DNA of 64,000 nucleotides from Longimicrobiales bacterium. GTDB lineage: Bacteria; Gemmatimonadota; Gemmatimonadetes; Longimicrobiales; Gaopeijiaceae. The DNA lies in NCBI GenBank assembly GCA_965249725.1, contig CBDFMQ010000001.1, forward strand, positions 1 through 64,000. Reading direction: 5' to 3'. Numbering within the stretch: the first letter of the stretch is position 1; every line of letters starts with the position of its first letter. A model generated the notes under the pieces. It ran no database searches. It had not been told where the DNA came from and saw nothing but the letters and a program-made list of their open reading frames with translations. This document shows, piece after piece, positions 38,256 to 47,104 of the stretch. A program made the translations under genes and the position numbers.

Positions 38256-38579
38256 CTAGGCCCTGCGGATCGCGGCTCCCACCACCGCGGCGGTCGAAGC
38301 CAAGACGGCGGGGAACAGCAGGGTCGCGAGCAGTAGTGCTCGGCCCGGCAATCCCATGATGGCACCCAGGGACACCGAGAGCTCCGATACGGGTCCTGCC
38401 CACCAATTCCACGCCATCAGGGCGCCCCACGCCAACAGTGCACTGATTCCGGCGGTGGCCGCAGCGGTACGGTCCGCCGAACGCCAGGCTCCATAGGCCA
38501 GTCCCAAAGCGGGAACGGCCCACCACCCAAGCGCCGCGGTACCCACGGCCATCGCGCCGGCCAGGACTAGCAGCGTCAC
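38256..38579 (-). CDS. Small membrane protein
   Basis: Hydrophobic ORF directly downstream of the acylase. Confidence 0.65.
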   Translation of the reverse strand: MTLLVLAGAMAVGTAALGWWAVPALGLAYGAWRSADRTAAATAGISALLAWGALMAWNWWAGPVSELSVSLGAIMGLPGRALLLATLLFPAVLASTAAVVGAAIRRA

Positions 38580-38601
38580 CGTTCGCCCCTCAATCGAAGG
38601 G

Positions 38602-41085
38602 TCACTGTTCGCCCCCCGGTCGGAGGATTGCGCGTGACCGGGCTAGACCCGAGAGCTCCTCCGCACCCCTCGGGAACCGCAGAGGCTGGAGTTCGCCCTC
38701 GACCCAATCGTCGATCCGATCCAGGTAGGCGGGGCTGAGGGGATGGCCCGACTGTCCGCCGGGATACGTGCCGCGTCCCTCCACCTCTTCGCCCAGCTCC
38801 ACGACCATGCGCCAGCTCGCACCGTTTCTGCCGTTGCCCGAATTGGGATTCAACGTCTCCGGTCCTCCGCGGATTGGGAGATTCAACGCCGAGAACGGCG
38901 AAAGCCCCAGGAAGTGCACGACGTTCGCCGTCGCTACGCGATTCCACACCCAGCCGTCCTCCGACTCGGGACCGTAGGCCTCGCGGGCCGCTACGAGGGC
39001 GGCGTCCAGTGACGAAGTGAGAATGTCGTCGCGACCCTCGGTGACCCCAGGAGTCGAACGGTCGTCCCACCAGGCGTTTGCCGGATCCGAGAGAAGCGCC
39101 GCGAGGATGGCGGTCCTGGGAGTCGCGACCCGCCGACCATCGGGGCCGATCAGTTCGTCCCAGGTGCGGTCCGCGAGTTCGTCCATCGCCAGCTCGAACA
39201 GTGCGGCTCGGGTGTTGTCCGTAGTGTACCTTCGGTCCCACTCGGCCAGCAGCCTGCCGGCCTCCGACGGTCCGCTTCCATCGTCTGCTGCCTCGAGGAA
39301 CGCCTCCACGAACACGTCGGCGCGTGGGCTGCCCGGGTCGGTCTGGAATCGAGACAGATCCGTCGCGGTAAAAACCGAGTCGGCCCGGAGCAATTGATTG
39401 ATCCGCATGGCGCGCCATGGTGATGGCCAGTTCGCCCCGAGATACCGATCGTCGTATCCGGGGTCCACCGGTTGCTGGTTGCTCGACGTGAGGTAGCCCT
39501 GAGCAGGGTTCGTCGACCCCGGGTAGCTGGACACCGGACGCCAGCCCTGCCAATCGCTGCTCGACGTCGTCCCGTCGAAGACCCAGTCGCCACCGGTCCC
39601 GGGCGGGCGTATCGGATAGCGACCCGTCGAGCGGACGGCGATGTTCCCCTGTCGGTCGGCAACGAGCCCGTTCTGGGTCGGTGCCACCCACGTCTCCATG
39701 GCCGACATCCACTCGTCCACCGAGCGAGCTTGGTTGACGCCCAGAAGCGCCGAGAGCTCACCCTGGTCCTCCAGCACGGTCCAACGGAGCGACACGTACT
39801 GGCCGGAGTCGTGGCTCACGGGTCCTCGGTGCGTATGCAGAATGGTGTCAACCGTGATCACCGAGCCGTTCTGTGCCCTGTATGTCTCGACGCGCTCCTC
39901 GAAGGGGTGCCACTCCCCGTCCAGCCGGTAGTTACGGGGGTGGTCGGTGTCATCGACAGTCTCCCGGTACAGGTCCATGACGTCGGACCCGGTGTTGGTG
40001 AAGCTCCACGCGATGTCGCGGTTGAAGCCGATCGTAATGGTCGGAGTCCCGGGGATCGTCACACCGTAGACGTCCAGCTCTCCGTCGACGACCAGGTGTG
40101 CCTCGTACCAGATGCTGGGCAAGGTGAAGTCGAGGTGTGGGTCACCGGCGAGGATGGCGTGTCCCTCGGCCGATCGCGACGGTCCGATGGCCCAGTTGTT
40201 CGAGCCGAGAACCGTCTCACCCCCGTCGTTGCCGCTGAAGTCCATGGGGCCGAGGAACGTCTGCAGAGCCGCGACCTGAGCCATCATCTCGGGGGCGGGC
40301 TCGCCCGGGGGTGGCAGCGTCACCCGCTCAAAGCGGGCGTCGCGCAAACCGTTGGGTTGGATGGGCTCCTGGATGGGGGCGTTCACCGGAAATAGTCCGT
40401 CAGCCGCCTCGCGCCCCGCCAGTGCAGCCACCGCGTTCTTGCGGCGCTCGGTGTTGATCATCGCGAGCGTCCAGCCCATCCGCTTGAGCAGGTACAGCGA
40501 ATGCTGAGGCTTCCAGGGGCTAGGTGTCCGGCTCAGAAGCCGATACTCCAGCGGGACGTCCGCGGGGGACATCGCGCTGATCCAGGCGTTGACGCCGTCT
40601 GAATACGCCTCGAGATAGGTCATGAGCTCAGAGCCGGACTCCATCTTTGCGTAGTCCCGCTCGGCCGACCACGCGAGGGCCAACCGCCTCGATTGTCGAT
40701 CGGCCTCGATCGCCGCCTCTCCGACGAGTTCCGTCAGCGTGCCGGCTGTAGCTCGGGTCTGAAGCTCCAGTTGGAACAGACGATCGCGGGCGACGGCGTA
40801 CCCGAGGCCGCGCATCACGTCTTCTACGCTCTCGGCGAAGATGTGAGGGACACGTCGGTCGTCGTAGACGATTTGGACCTCGCCCGAGAGCCCGGGTACC
40901 TCTAGCCTCACCTCGTCGGGCAGGGTGGCGCTGCGGGCACTGGACCACACCCCGCTCGCAGGATCGAGAAAGGCGCCGAGGGCAGGGATGGGCCCCAGAG
41001 GTCGGGCCCCAACGTAGAGGCCGACGGAGAGCAAGACGGCGCTCGCCACCGTCAGGACCAGGGACCTCAAGCTGTGCTCACTCAC
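38602..41085 (-). CDS. Penicillin acylase family (Ntn-hydrolase)
   Basis: VPHIFA, DRLFQLE, GSNNWA, GDPHL, PGGQSG. Confidence 0.92.
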   Translation of the reverse strand: MSEHSLRSLVLTVASAVLLSVGLYVGARPLGPIPALGAFLDPASGVWSSARSATLPDEVRLEVPGLSGEVQIVYDDRRVPHIFAESVEDVMRGLGYAVARDRLFQLELQTRATAGTLTELVGEAAIEADRQSRRLALAWSAERDYAKMESGSELMTYLEAYSDGVNAWISAMSPADVPLEYRLLSRTPSPWKPQHSLYLLKRMGWTLAMINTERRKNAVAALAGREAADGLFPVNAPIQEPIQPNGLRDARFERVTLPPPGEPAPEMMAQVAALQTFLGPMDFSGNDGGETVLGSNNWAIGPSRSAEGHAILAGDPHLDFTLPSIWYEAHLVVDGELDVYGVTIPGTPTITIGFNRDIAWSFTNTGSDVMDLYRETVDDTDHPRNYRLDGEWHPFEERVETYRAQNGSVITVDTILHTHRGPVSHDSGQYVSLRWTVLEDQGELSALLGVNQARSVDEWMSAMETWVAPTQNGLVADRQGNIAVRSTGRYPIRPPGTGGDWVFDGTTSSSDWQGWRPVSSYPGSTNPAQGYLTSSNQQPVDPGYDDRYLGANWPSPWRAMRINQLLRADSVFTATDLSRFQTDPGSPRADVFVEAFLEAADDGSGPSEAGRLLAEWDRRYTTDNTRAALFELAMDELADRTWDELIGPDGRRVATPRTAILAALLSDPANAWWDDRSTPGVTEGRDDILTSSLDAALVAAREAYGPESEDGWVWNRVATANVVHFLGLSPFSALNLPIRGGPETLNPNSGNGRNGASWRMVVELGEEVEGRGTYPGGQSGHPLSPAYLDRIDDWVEGELQPLRFPRGAEELSGLARSRAILRPGGEQ

Positions 41086-41500
41086 CCACGAGGTTGACCA
41101 CGATTTGTCGCTGCCGGGGCCGGGTGTCCAGATCCACCAGGACCACCTGCTGCCAGGTGCCGAGGGGCAGTGCGCCCCCGACGATCGGTAGGGCCAGGGA
41201 CGGTCCGATGAGACTCGCCCGCACGTGGCTGTGACCATTGTCGTCGTGCCACATCTTCTCGTGCTCGTAGTGGCCGTCTCGGGGAGCGAGTCGCTCCAGC
41301 GCTGCGGCGATGTCGTGGCGCACGAGTCCCGGCTCGTACTCGATGGTCGTGAGGGCTGCCGTCGAACCCACGACCATCGCGGTGAGCTGTCCGGTCGTGA
41401 TTCCACTGCCGCCGACCAAGGCCTGAAGGTCGGCGGTCACGTCGAGGATCTGATCGTTCCCTTCGGTCGACAATCCCAACTCGTGGGTGAGGGCTGTCAT
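41078..41500 (-). CDS. yjbQ: YjbQ/UPF0047 family protein
   Basis: DNGHSHVRASLIG, LGTWQQV. Confidence 0.9.
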   Translation of the reverse strand: MTALTHELGLSTEGNDQILDVTADLQALVGGSGITTGQLTAMVVGSTAALTTIEYEPGLVRHDIAAALERLAPRDGHYEHEKMWHDDNGHSHVRASLIGPSLALPIVGGALPLGTWQQVVLVDLDTRPRQRQIVVNLVGE

Positions 41501-41529
41501 TCCCTAGATGTCACGGCGGTGGCGGAACA

Positions 41530-41736
41530 CTACCGAGCCTCGGCTTGGTAGCCGGCGGCCTCGACTGCAGCGACCAGGTCGGCGTCTGCCACGTCGGTCG
41601 AAAGGGTGACTTGCGCCTGACTCTCCTCTAGCGAGACATCGGCCTCGGTCACACCCTCCAGCCCTTCCAGGGCCGATTTCACATGGCTCACGCAATGTCC
41701 GCAGGACATTCCGGTAACTGCGATTGTCTTGGTCAT
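41530..41736 (-). CDS. copZ: Heavy-metal-associated (CopZ-like) chaperone
   Basis: GMSCGHCV. Confidence 0.9.
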   Translation of the reverse strand: MTKTIAVTGMSCGHCVSHVKSALEGLEGVTEADVSLEESQAQVTLSTDVADADLVAAVEAAGYQAEAR

Positions 41737-41868
41737 GGAATTCCTACTCGGTTGTCGTTTCGGCTCCAGCGGTGGGGAGCTAGTGTGTGGAGATCGGAGA
41801 GCCCCGCTGCTCTCGAGCCCCGTATTCACACTACCCCCCAGTCTAGTCGATAGCGCCAGATCAGTCAC

Positions 41869-42567
41869 ATGACGTCACTCTTGAGGTGGACCCTGACGGG
41901 TGCAGGCGGCCTCTGCCTCCTGCTGGCGCTGAAGGTGGTGTTCGTCGACTTCAGGGCTGCGCGCCAACGTTTTCAGCTCGCGCTCGGTGCCGCTGCGGTG
42001 ATGGCCGCGGCGTATGTGTTCGTGGCGTTGGCGGTCTACCGGTCGGGCACGATCGAAGATTACGCCTCGGCCGTCCGGATGCAGGTGGCGCTCGCACCCT
42101 TGGCGTATCTGGCCCTCGTCTGGTTCTCGGCGTTCAGGACGCGGGTCGTGCCCGATTGGCTACTGTGGACGATGACCGGCGCCTCGGTCGGGGTCGTCGC
42201 GTGGAACCTCCTCTCCCCGCAGTCCCTCCTGTTCAGCTCAGTGATCGAGGTCCAGGGTGTTCTGCTCCCGTGGGGTGAGGTGATCGTGCAGGGCGTTGCG
42301 ATTCCGTCGGCCTGGTCGCACGTGGTGGAGTTTCTGACGTTCACGCTCTACGGGGTGTGCGCCTATGCGTGGTGGGGTTTCTCGGAGGTCGGCGAACCCG
42401 AGGTGGCTCTTCCGGTCGCGACCGGTATGGCGCTGCTCTTGGCGACGATGGTGGTGGAGGCAGCCGATCCGCGGGTCGTCCCGATGTTACCTGCTGACGA
42501 GTTGGGGCTCGTCGTTCTGCTCCTTGTCCTGTCCTTCGCTACCCGCGCAGGACCCACCAGGCAATAA
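41869..42567 (+). CDS. Polytopic membrane protein resembling a stand-alone membrane sensor domain
   Basis: About seven hydrophobic segments, no cytoplasmic output domain. Confidence 0.65.
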   Translation: MTSLLRWTLTGAGGLCLLLALKVVFVDFRAARQRFQLALGAAAVMAAAYVFVALAVYRSGTIEDYASAVRMQVALAPLAYLALVWFSAFRTRVVPDWLLWTMTGASVGVVAWNLLSPQSLLFSSVIEVQGVLLPWGEVIVQGVAIPSAWSHVVEFLTFTLYGVCAYAWWGFSEVGEPEVALPVATGMALLLATMVVEAADPRVVPMLPADELGLVVLLLVLSFATRAGPTRQ

Positions 42568-43810
42568 GGGCGGAGAGGATCAGAGCGGACCCGAGGAAGG
42601 TGGCCTGCAAGGCCAGCATCTTGGCCCTCTCACCCTTGGGGAGCACAGACTCCGTGCGCCGCACGCCTTTGCTGGTGATGTCGAACATCCAGGCGATCAC
42701 TAGTGCCAGCGGGAAGCCGCCCAGAGCCAAGGCAACCAGGACCGTATGTGTGTTCTCCGGAACGGGAAGTGACTCGATCGTCAGGTCCGCCGCACCCAGG
42801 ACACCGCCCGCCACCAGGACGTAGAACACCGCCACGTTGTAGACATGCCGTCGTCGAAGCTCGCCCAGGAAGCTCTGGAGGGCGGGGATGCTCTCGACGG
42901 CCGAGGGGCGTCCGTCGTCGCCGTGTGATCCGGCCCGCCCACCCACCTGAGGCTTCTCCGTCAACTGCTCCAGGGCCTTCGCCACCTCCGTCGCCCGAGG
43001 CCGGTGGTTGGGCTTCTTCGCGAGACAGCGCAGTAGCAGCTCCTCGAGGCGCGGGTCGGCATCGGGACGCAGTTGGCGCAGCGGAATGGGGTCCTTCTCG
43101 AGATGGGCCGTGGCGACCTGCACCTTCGTGGTGGCCCCGTAAGCGTGCTCCAGCGTGAGGACCTCGTAGGCGAGGATGCCCAGGCCGTACACATCCGACT
43201 CGTCGGTCAGGGGTTCGCCCAGCAGTTGCTCCGGACTCATGTACCGGGGATTCCCGAGGAGCTGCCCCTGCTGGGTGATCCGGGTGACGCTATCGGCACC
43301 GGTATCCAGTATACCCGCGATGCCGAAATCGGTGAGCACCACGCGGTCGGAGTCTCGCTCTCTAAGCACGTTCCCGGGCCTCACGTCGCGGTGAACGATT
43401 CCTTTCTCGTGAGCGGCGGCCAAAGCGGATGCCACTTGGCTAAGAACCTGGCAGGCCTGCTCGATCCCCATCGCCCCCTCGGCTTGGAGGGCGTCGTCGA
43501 GATTCCGTCCCTCGATGTGCTCCATGACGATGAAGGGTGTCTCGTCCTCCATGGCGCCGACTCGGTGTACCGTGGCCACGTTTCGATGGTGGATCTTGGC
43601 GGCCGAGCGAGCCTCGCGCTCGAAGCGCTTCCGCGCGATCTCGTCTCCCGCCAGCTCGGGCTTCATCACCTTGATGGCGACCATCCGGGACAGGGCCGTC
43701 TCCCGGGCGAGACATACTTTCGCCATAGAGCCGTCTCCCAGCAGACGCACGATCTCGAAGTCGGGCGCCAGCTCGGACTGAAGCTGAGTTTGTGTTTCTG
43801 AGTCGCTCAT
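42539..43810 (-). CDS. Ser/Thr protein kinase with C-terminal membrane domain
   Basis: VAIKV, HRDVRPGN, DFG, YMSPEQ; three TMs after ELRRRHV. Confidence 0.92.
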   Translation of the reverse strand: MSDSETQTQLQSELAPDFEIVRLLGDGSMAKVCLARETALSRMVAIKVMKPELAGDEIARKRFEREARSAAKIHHRNVATVHRVGAMEDETPFIVMEHIEGRNLDDALQAEGAMGIEQACQVLSQVASALAAAHEKGIVHRDVRPGNVLRERDSDRVVLTDFGIAGILDTGADSVTRITQQGQLLGNPRYMSPEQLLGEPLTDESDVYGLGILAYEVLTLEHAYGATTKVQVATAHLEKDPIPLRQLRPDADPRLEELLLRCLAKKPNHRPRATEVAKALEQLTEKPQVGGRAGSHGDDGRPSAVESIPALQSFLGELRRRHVYNVAVFYVLVAGGVLGAADLTIESLPVPENTHTVLVALALGGFPLALVIAWMFDITSKGVRRTESVLPKGERAKMLALQATFLGSALILSALIAWWVLRG

Positions 43811-44150
43811 CGCGTACGGTGGGTCGGCACTTGAGGTCGGGTCGCAGCGGAATGTGCCTACGACTGCCCGTCTGAGGCAATGATCCAGATAGCCGACGGG
43901 CCAATATGGCCCGGAAAATCAGGTGAGATCTTCGGCTTCAGCCCGCTGCCGTGCGTCTCTCAGGAACCACACGACGACGACGACCAACACGACCACGGTA
44001 CCGATGAGCACGCTGGTGGCCAGCATCATGTTGGCGTGACCGTCAGGAAATGCCCCACGCCTATTGCGGCCCATCTCCGACAGCCCTGGAACATTGGATG
44101 GGGCCATCGTATAAACGGTAGTCAAGTTCTTTCTGGTGAGGAGAGATCTC

Positions 44151-44621
44151 ATGCTCAAGAAGAGAATCACGGCTTTGGCTGGAGGGGGCGGCTTCGCGCT
44201 GATCATCGCCGCACTTCTCTCGTGGTATACACCGGCCACTGCTACGGCCGGTACCGTGACGGTCTACAAGAACCCGTCCTGCGGTTGCTGCGGGGACTGG
44301 GTCGAGCATATGCGAGCCGCAGGGTTCGAGCTCGATGTACGCGATGTCAACGATCTGCAGTCGATCAAGAACGAGAATGGTGTCTCGGCCCGGCTCGGGT
44401 CGTGCCATACGGCGCTGGTGGATGGATATGTGGTCGAGGGGCACGTGCCGGCCGATCTCGTGCAGAAGATGTTGGACGAGAAGCCGGACATCGTCGGCTT
44501 GTCGGTTCCGGGAATGGTCGTCGGCAGCCCAGGCATGGAAGTTCCGGGCCAGCCGGCTCAGCCCTACGACGTCATAGCGTTCGACGCCAACGGCAATACG
44601 GCCGTCTACGCCGAGCGATGA
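44151..44621 (+). CDS. DUF411 (CopG-like) periplasmic metal-binding protein
   Basis: YKNPSCGCC, SCHTA, EGHVPA, PGMVVGSPGME. Confidence 0.9.
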   Translation: MLKKRITALAGGGGFALIIAALLSWYTPATATAGTVTVYKNPSCGCCGDWVEHMRAAGFELDVRDVNDLQSIKNENGVSARLGSCHTALVDGYVVEGHVPADLVQKMLDEKPDIVGLSVPGMVVGSPGMEVPGQPAQPYDVIAFDANGNTAVYAER

Positions 44622-44627
44622 GCGTGG

Positions 44628-44651
44628 CCCGGGTCCCCGAGAGGGCCCGGG
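44628..44651. terminator. GC hairpin between convergent genes
   Basis: CCCGGGTCC / GGGCCCGGG 9-bp stem; no U-tract. Confidence 0.4.
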
Positions 44652-44718
44652 ATACCGTTCCCCCCACCGCGTTCCCCCCACCGTTCCCCCTACCGTTCCC
44701 CTACCGTAGTCCTGCGCC

Positions 44719-45408
44719 TCAGTGGCGCGTTGCCTTCCTAGATAGCGCTTCGCTCAGCGCGTTCACGCGCTGCATGATTCCTGATGCGTCGCCGTCCTCC
44801 GCCAACAGCACGGCGTAGGCAGCCAGTTCGGCCAATTCCATACGTTGGAGAGCCGATTCGACCGCCGGGCCGACCGTCACCGCCCCATGGTTGCGCAGGA
44901 GTAGGACGCCGACGTCCGACTGATCCGGCCGCTCGGCACTAAGCGCGGTGTCACCGGCGCCCCGGCGCACCGCGGAGCCTACCGCCAGAGCGAGTTCATG
45001 GCTGCCGCTTGGGAGCAGCTCGATGGTGGCCCAAACGCCCGTAGCCGACCTCAATTCCGGAAGACGCTCAATAACGGGCAGGTCGTTCAGGCCCGCGGCG
45101 GTCAGCGCTGGGGCGTGAGTGTGGATCACTGCCCCGATGGACGCGTCGGCCGCATAGCACGCGCGATGCAGGGGCAACTCGCTGGAGGCGCCATCGCTCG
45201 GGTCGTCTTCGCCTCCGTCCACGGTGACGAGGTCAGACGCAGCGAGTCGACCTTTGTGAGTGCCCGCCCGCGTGATGAGGATTCGGCCGGGCTCCAACCG
45301 GGCGGATAGATTGCCGGCCAGGCCGGCGATCAGGCCCTGCCGATAGAGATCCCGCCCCGCACTGCAGAGCCGATCCTGCACGTCGTCGCTCGTCTGTACG
45401 TCGTCCAT
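44719..45408 (-). CDS. Class II aldolase/adducin family protein
   Basis: GNLSAR, SSELPLH, HTHAP, LLRNHG. Confidence 0.88.
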   Translation of the reverse strand: MDDVQTSDDVQDRLCSAGRDLYRQGLIAGLAGNLSARLEPGRILITRAGTHKGRLAASDLVTVDGGEDDPSDGASSELPLHRACYAADASIGAVIHTHAPALTAAGLNDLPVIERLPELRSATGVWATIELLPSGSHELALAVGSAVRRGAGDTALSAERPDQSDVGVLLLRNHGAVTVGPAVESALQRMELAELAAYAVLLAEDGDASGIMQRVNALSEALSRKATRH

Positions 45409-46598
45409 CACAGGCTGCCTCCGATGCGTCCCGGAGTGCGTTCGGCTTCGGCCCGACCCACGGCTTCGGACAGCGCCTCTGGCAGCGGGGGCGAGTGCAC
45501 TCCTTGCTCGGTTACGATCCCGGTGAGCAAGTCCGCCGGTGTCACATCGAAGGCCGGGCTCCAGACCGGGATCCCGGTCGGCGCGGTCGGTGACCCAAAG
45601 CCTGCGGTAACCTCCTCGGCCCCCCTGAATTCGATCGGTATGTCGTCGCCGGACGGGGTCGACAGATCGACGGTGGACGTGGGCGCCAGCACGTAGAAGG
45701 GGACATCGTGGTGCCGGGCCAGGACGGCTAGCGCATAGGTCCCCACCTTGTTGGCGACGTCGCCGTTGGCTGCGATCCGGTCGGCTCCCACGAGCACGAG
45801 GTCCGGGGGGCTCTGCTTGAAGAGCGCGCCCGCCATGTTGTCTGTGATGACTGTCACGTCGACTCCTGCGCGGTCCAGCTCCCACGCGGTCAGTCGGCTT
45901 CCCTGGAGGAGTGGCCGCGTCTCTCCGGAGAACACACGGACATGCCGGCCTTCCTCTCGCGCCAGGTAGAGGGGAGCCAGTGCCGTGCCGATGCCTCCGG
46001 TAGCCAAGGCGCCTGCGTTGCAGTGCGTGAGGACGGAGGCCCCGTGATCGATCAACGGAAGGGCGTGCTGGCCGATCCGCCGACACATGATCCGGTCCTC
46101 GTCCAAGATGTGGCAGGCCTCCTCGTGGAGCGCCCCTGCCAACTCGGTCGCATCGTCCCACGGCGTTCCGAGCGCCACCGACCGCATGCGCTCGAGGGCC
46201 CAGGCGAGGTTCACGGCCGTCGGGCGAGCCAGTGCGAGCTCACGGCACCACTCGGTCACTTCCGTAGCCGTTACGCCGACCGCGGTCCGCCCCTCGGCGG
46301 TCCCCTCGGCGGTCTCCTCGGTCGTCCCCTCGGCGGTCCCCTCGGTCGTCCTCGCGGCGGCCAACGCGGCCACGCCCATCGCCGCGGTGACTCCGATGAG
46401 GGGGGCTCCCCGAACCCTCAGGGTGGTGATGGCCTCGTACACGTCCTCCAGTGTACGGAGTTCTCGGTACACCTCGGCTTCGGGGAGCTGCGTCTGATCC
46501 AGAACGATCAGCCCCTCTCCGTCGTCTGCCCAGCGGACCGATTCGGGCGGTCCGGGAGACGTGTCCATGTGCGTGCGCGTGTTCATCGTGGCTAACAT
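45408..46598 (-). CDS. mtnA: Methylthioribose-1-phosphate isomerase (start uncertain)
   Basis: VRGAPLIG, RPTAVNL, LTHCNAGALAT, ETRPLLQG, NKVGTY, PAFDVTP. Confidence 0.93.
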   Translation of the reverse strand: MLATMNTRTHMDTSPGPPESVRWADDGEGLIVLDQTQLPEAEVYRELRTLEDVYEAITTLRVRGAPLIGVTAAMGVAALAAARTTEGTAEGTTEETAEGTAEGRTAVGVTATEVTEWCRELALARPTAVNLAWALERMRSVALGTPWDDATELAGALHEEACHILDEDRIMCRRIGQHALPLIDHGASVLTHCNAGALATGGIGTALAPLYLAREEGRHVRVFSGETRPLLQGSRLTAWELDRAGVDVTVITDNMAGALFKQSPPDLVLVGADRIAANGDVANKVGTYALAVLARHHDVPFYVLAPTSTVDLSTPSGDDIPIEFRGAEEVTAGFGSPTAPTGIPVWSPAFDVTPADLLTGIVTEQGVHSPPLPEALSEAVGRAEAERTPGRIGGSL

Positions 46599-46713
46599 AC
46601 TCCCGAAACCCGATCCTCGCGGTTTTCGTCGTGAAGAGTGTGTCGGGCGTCATCGATGTCGCTGGCCCGGCTCACCAGCTGAGTTCCAGCGACCCTCAGG
46701 TACCGGAGTGACC

Positions 46714-47076
46714 GTGAGAAACTTCGCGATCCGCCTCATCATCAACGCCTTCGCGCTAACCGGGGCGGCCTATTTCGTAGACGGTATCAGCCTGAGTGGG
46801 GGGTATCTCGACGTCTTGTTCGTGGCCCTCGTCTTCGGGCTCGTCAACGCCCTGGTCAAGCCGATCGTGTTCTTCTTTTCGCTGCCATTCCTGTTTTTCA
46901 CCCTGGGGCTTTTCTATCTGGTGATCAACGGGGGGATGCTGCTCCTGACGGCCCAGTTGGCCGACAACTTTTCCGTGGCGGGGTTCTGGCCCGCGGTGGT
47001 GGGCAGCGTGATCATCTCGATCATATCGATGCTGCTGTCGGTGCTTCTGAAGGACGAGAAAAAGAAAAAGAAGTGA
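46714..47076 (+). CDS. YvlD-like 4-TM membrane protein
   Basis: GLVNALVKP...LP...TLGLF..VING. Confidence 0.85.
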   Translation: MRNFAIRLIINAFALTGAAYFVDGISLSGGYLDVLFVALVFGLVNALVKPIVFFFSLPFLFFTLGLFYLVINGGMLLLTAQLADNFSVAGFWPAVVGSVIISIISMLLSVLLKDEKKKKK

Positions 47077-47104
47077 CGCGCGGAAGGGTGGAACACCCTT
47101 CGCG

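Noticed and set aside
46714..47076. Phage holin indicating another prophage
   Set aside because: YvlD-like membrane proteins are ordinary chromosomal genes, and the neighbours are metabolic
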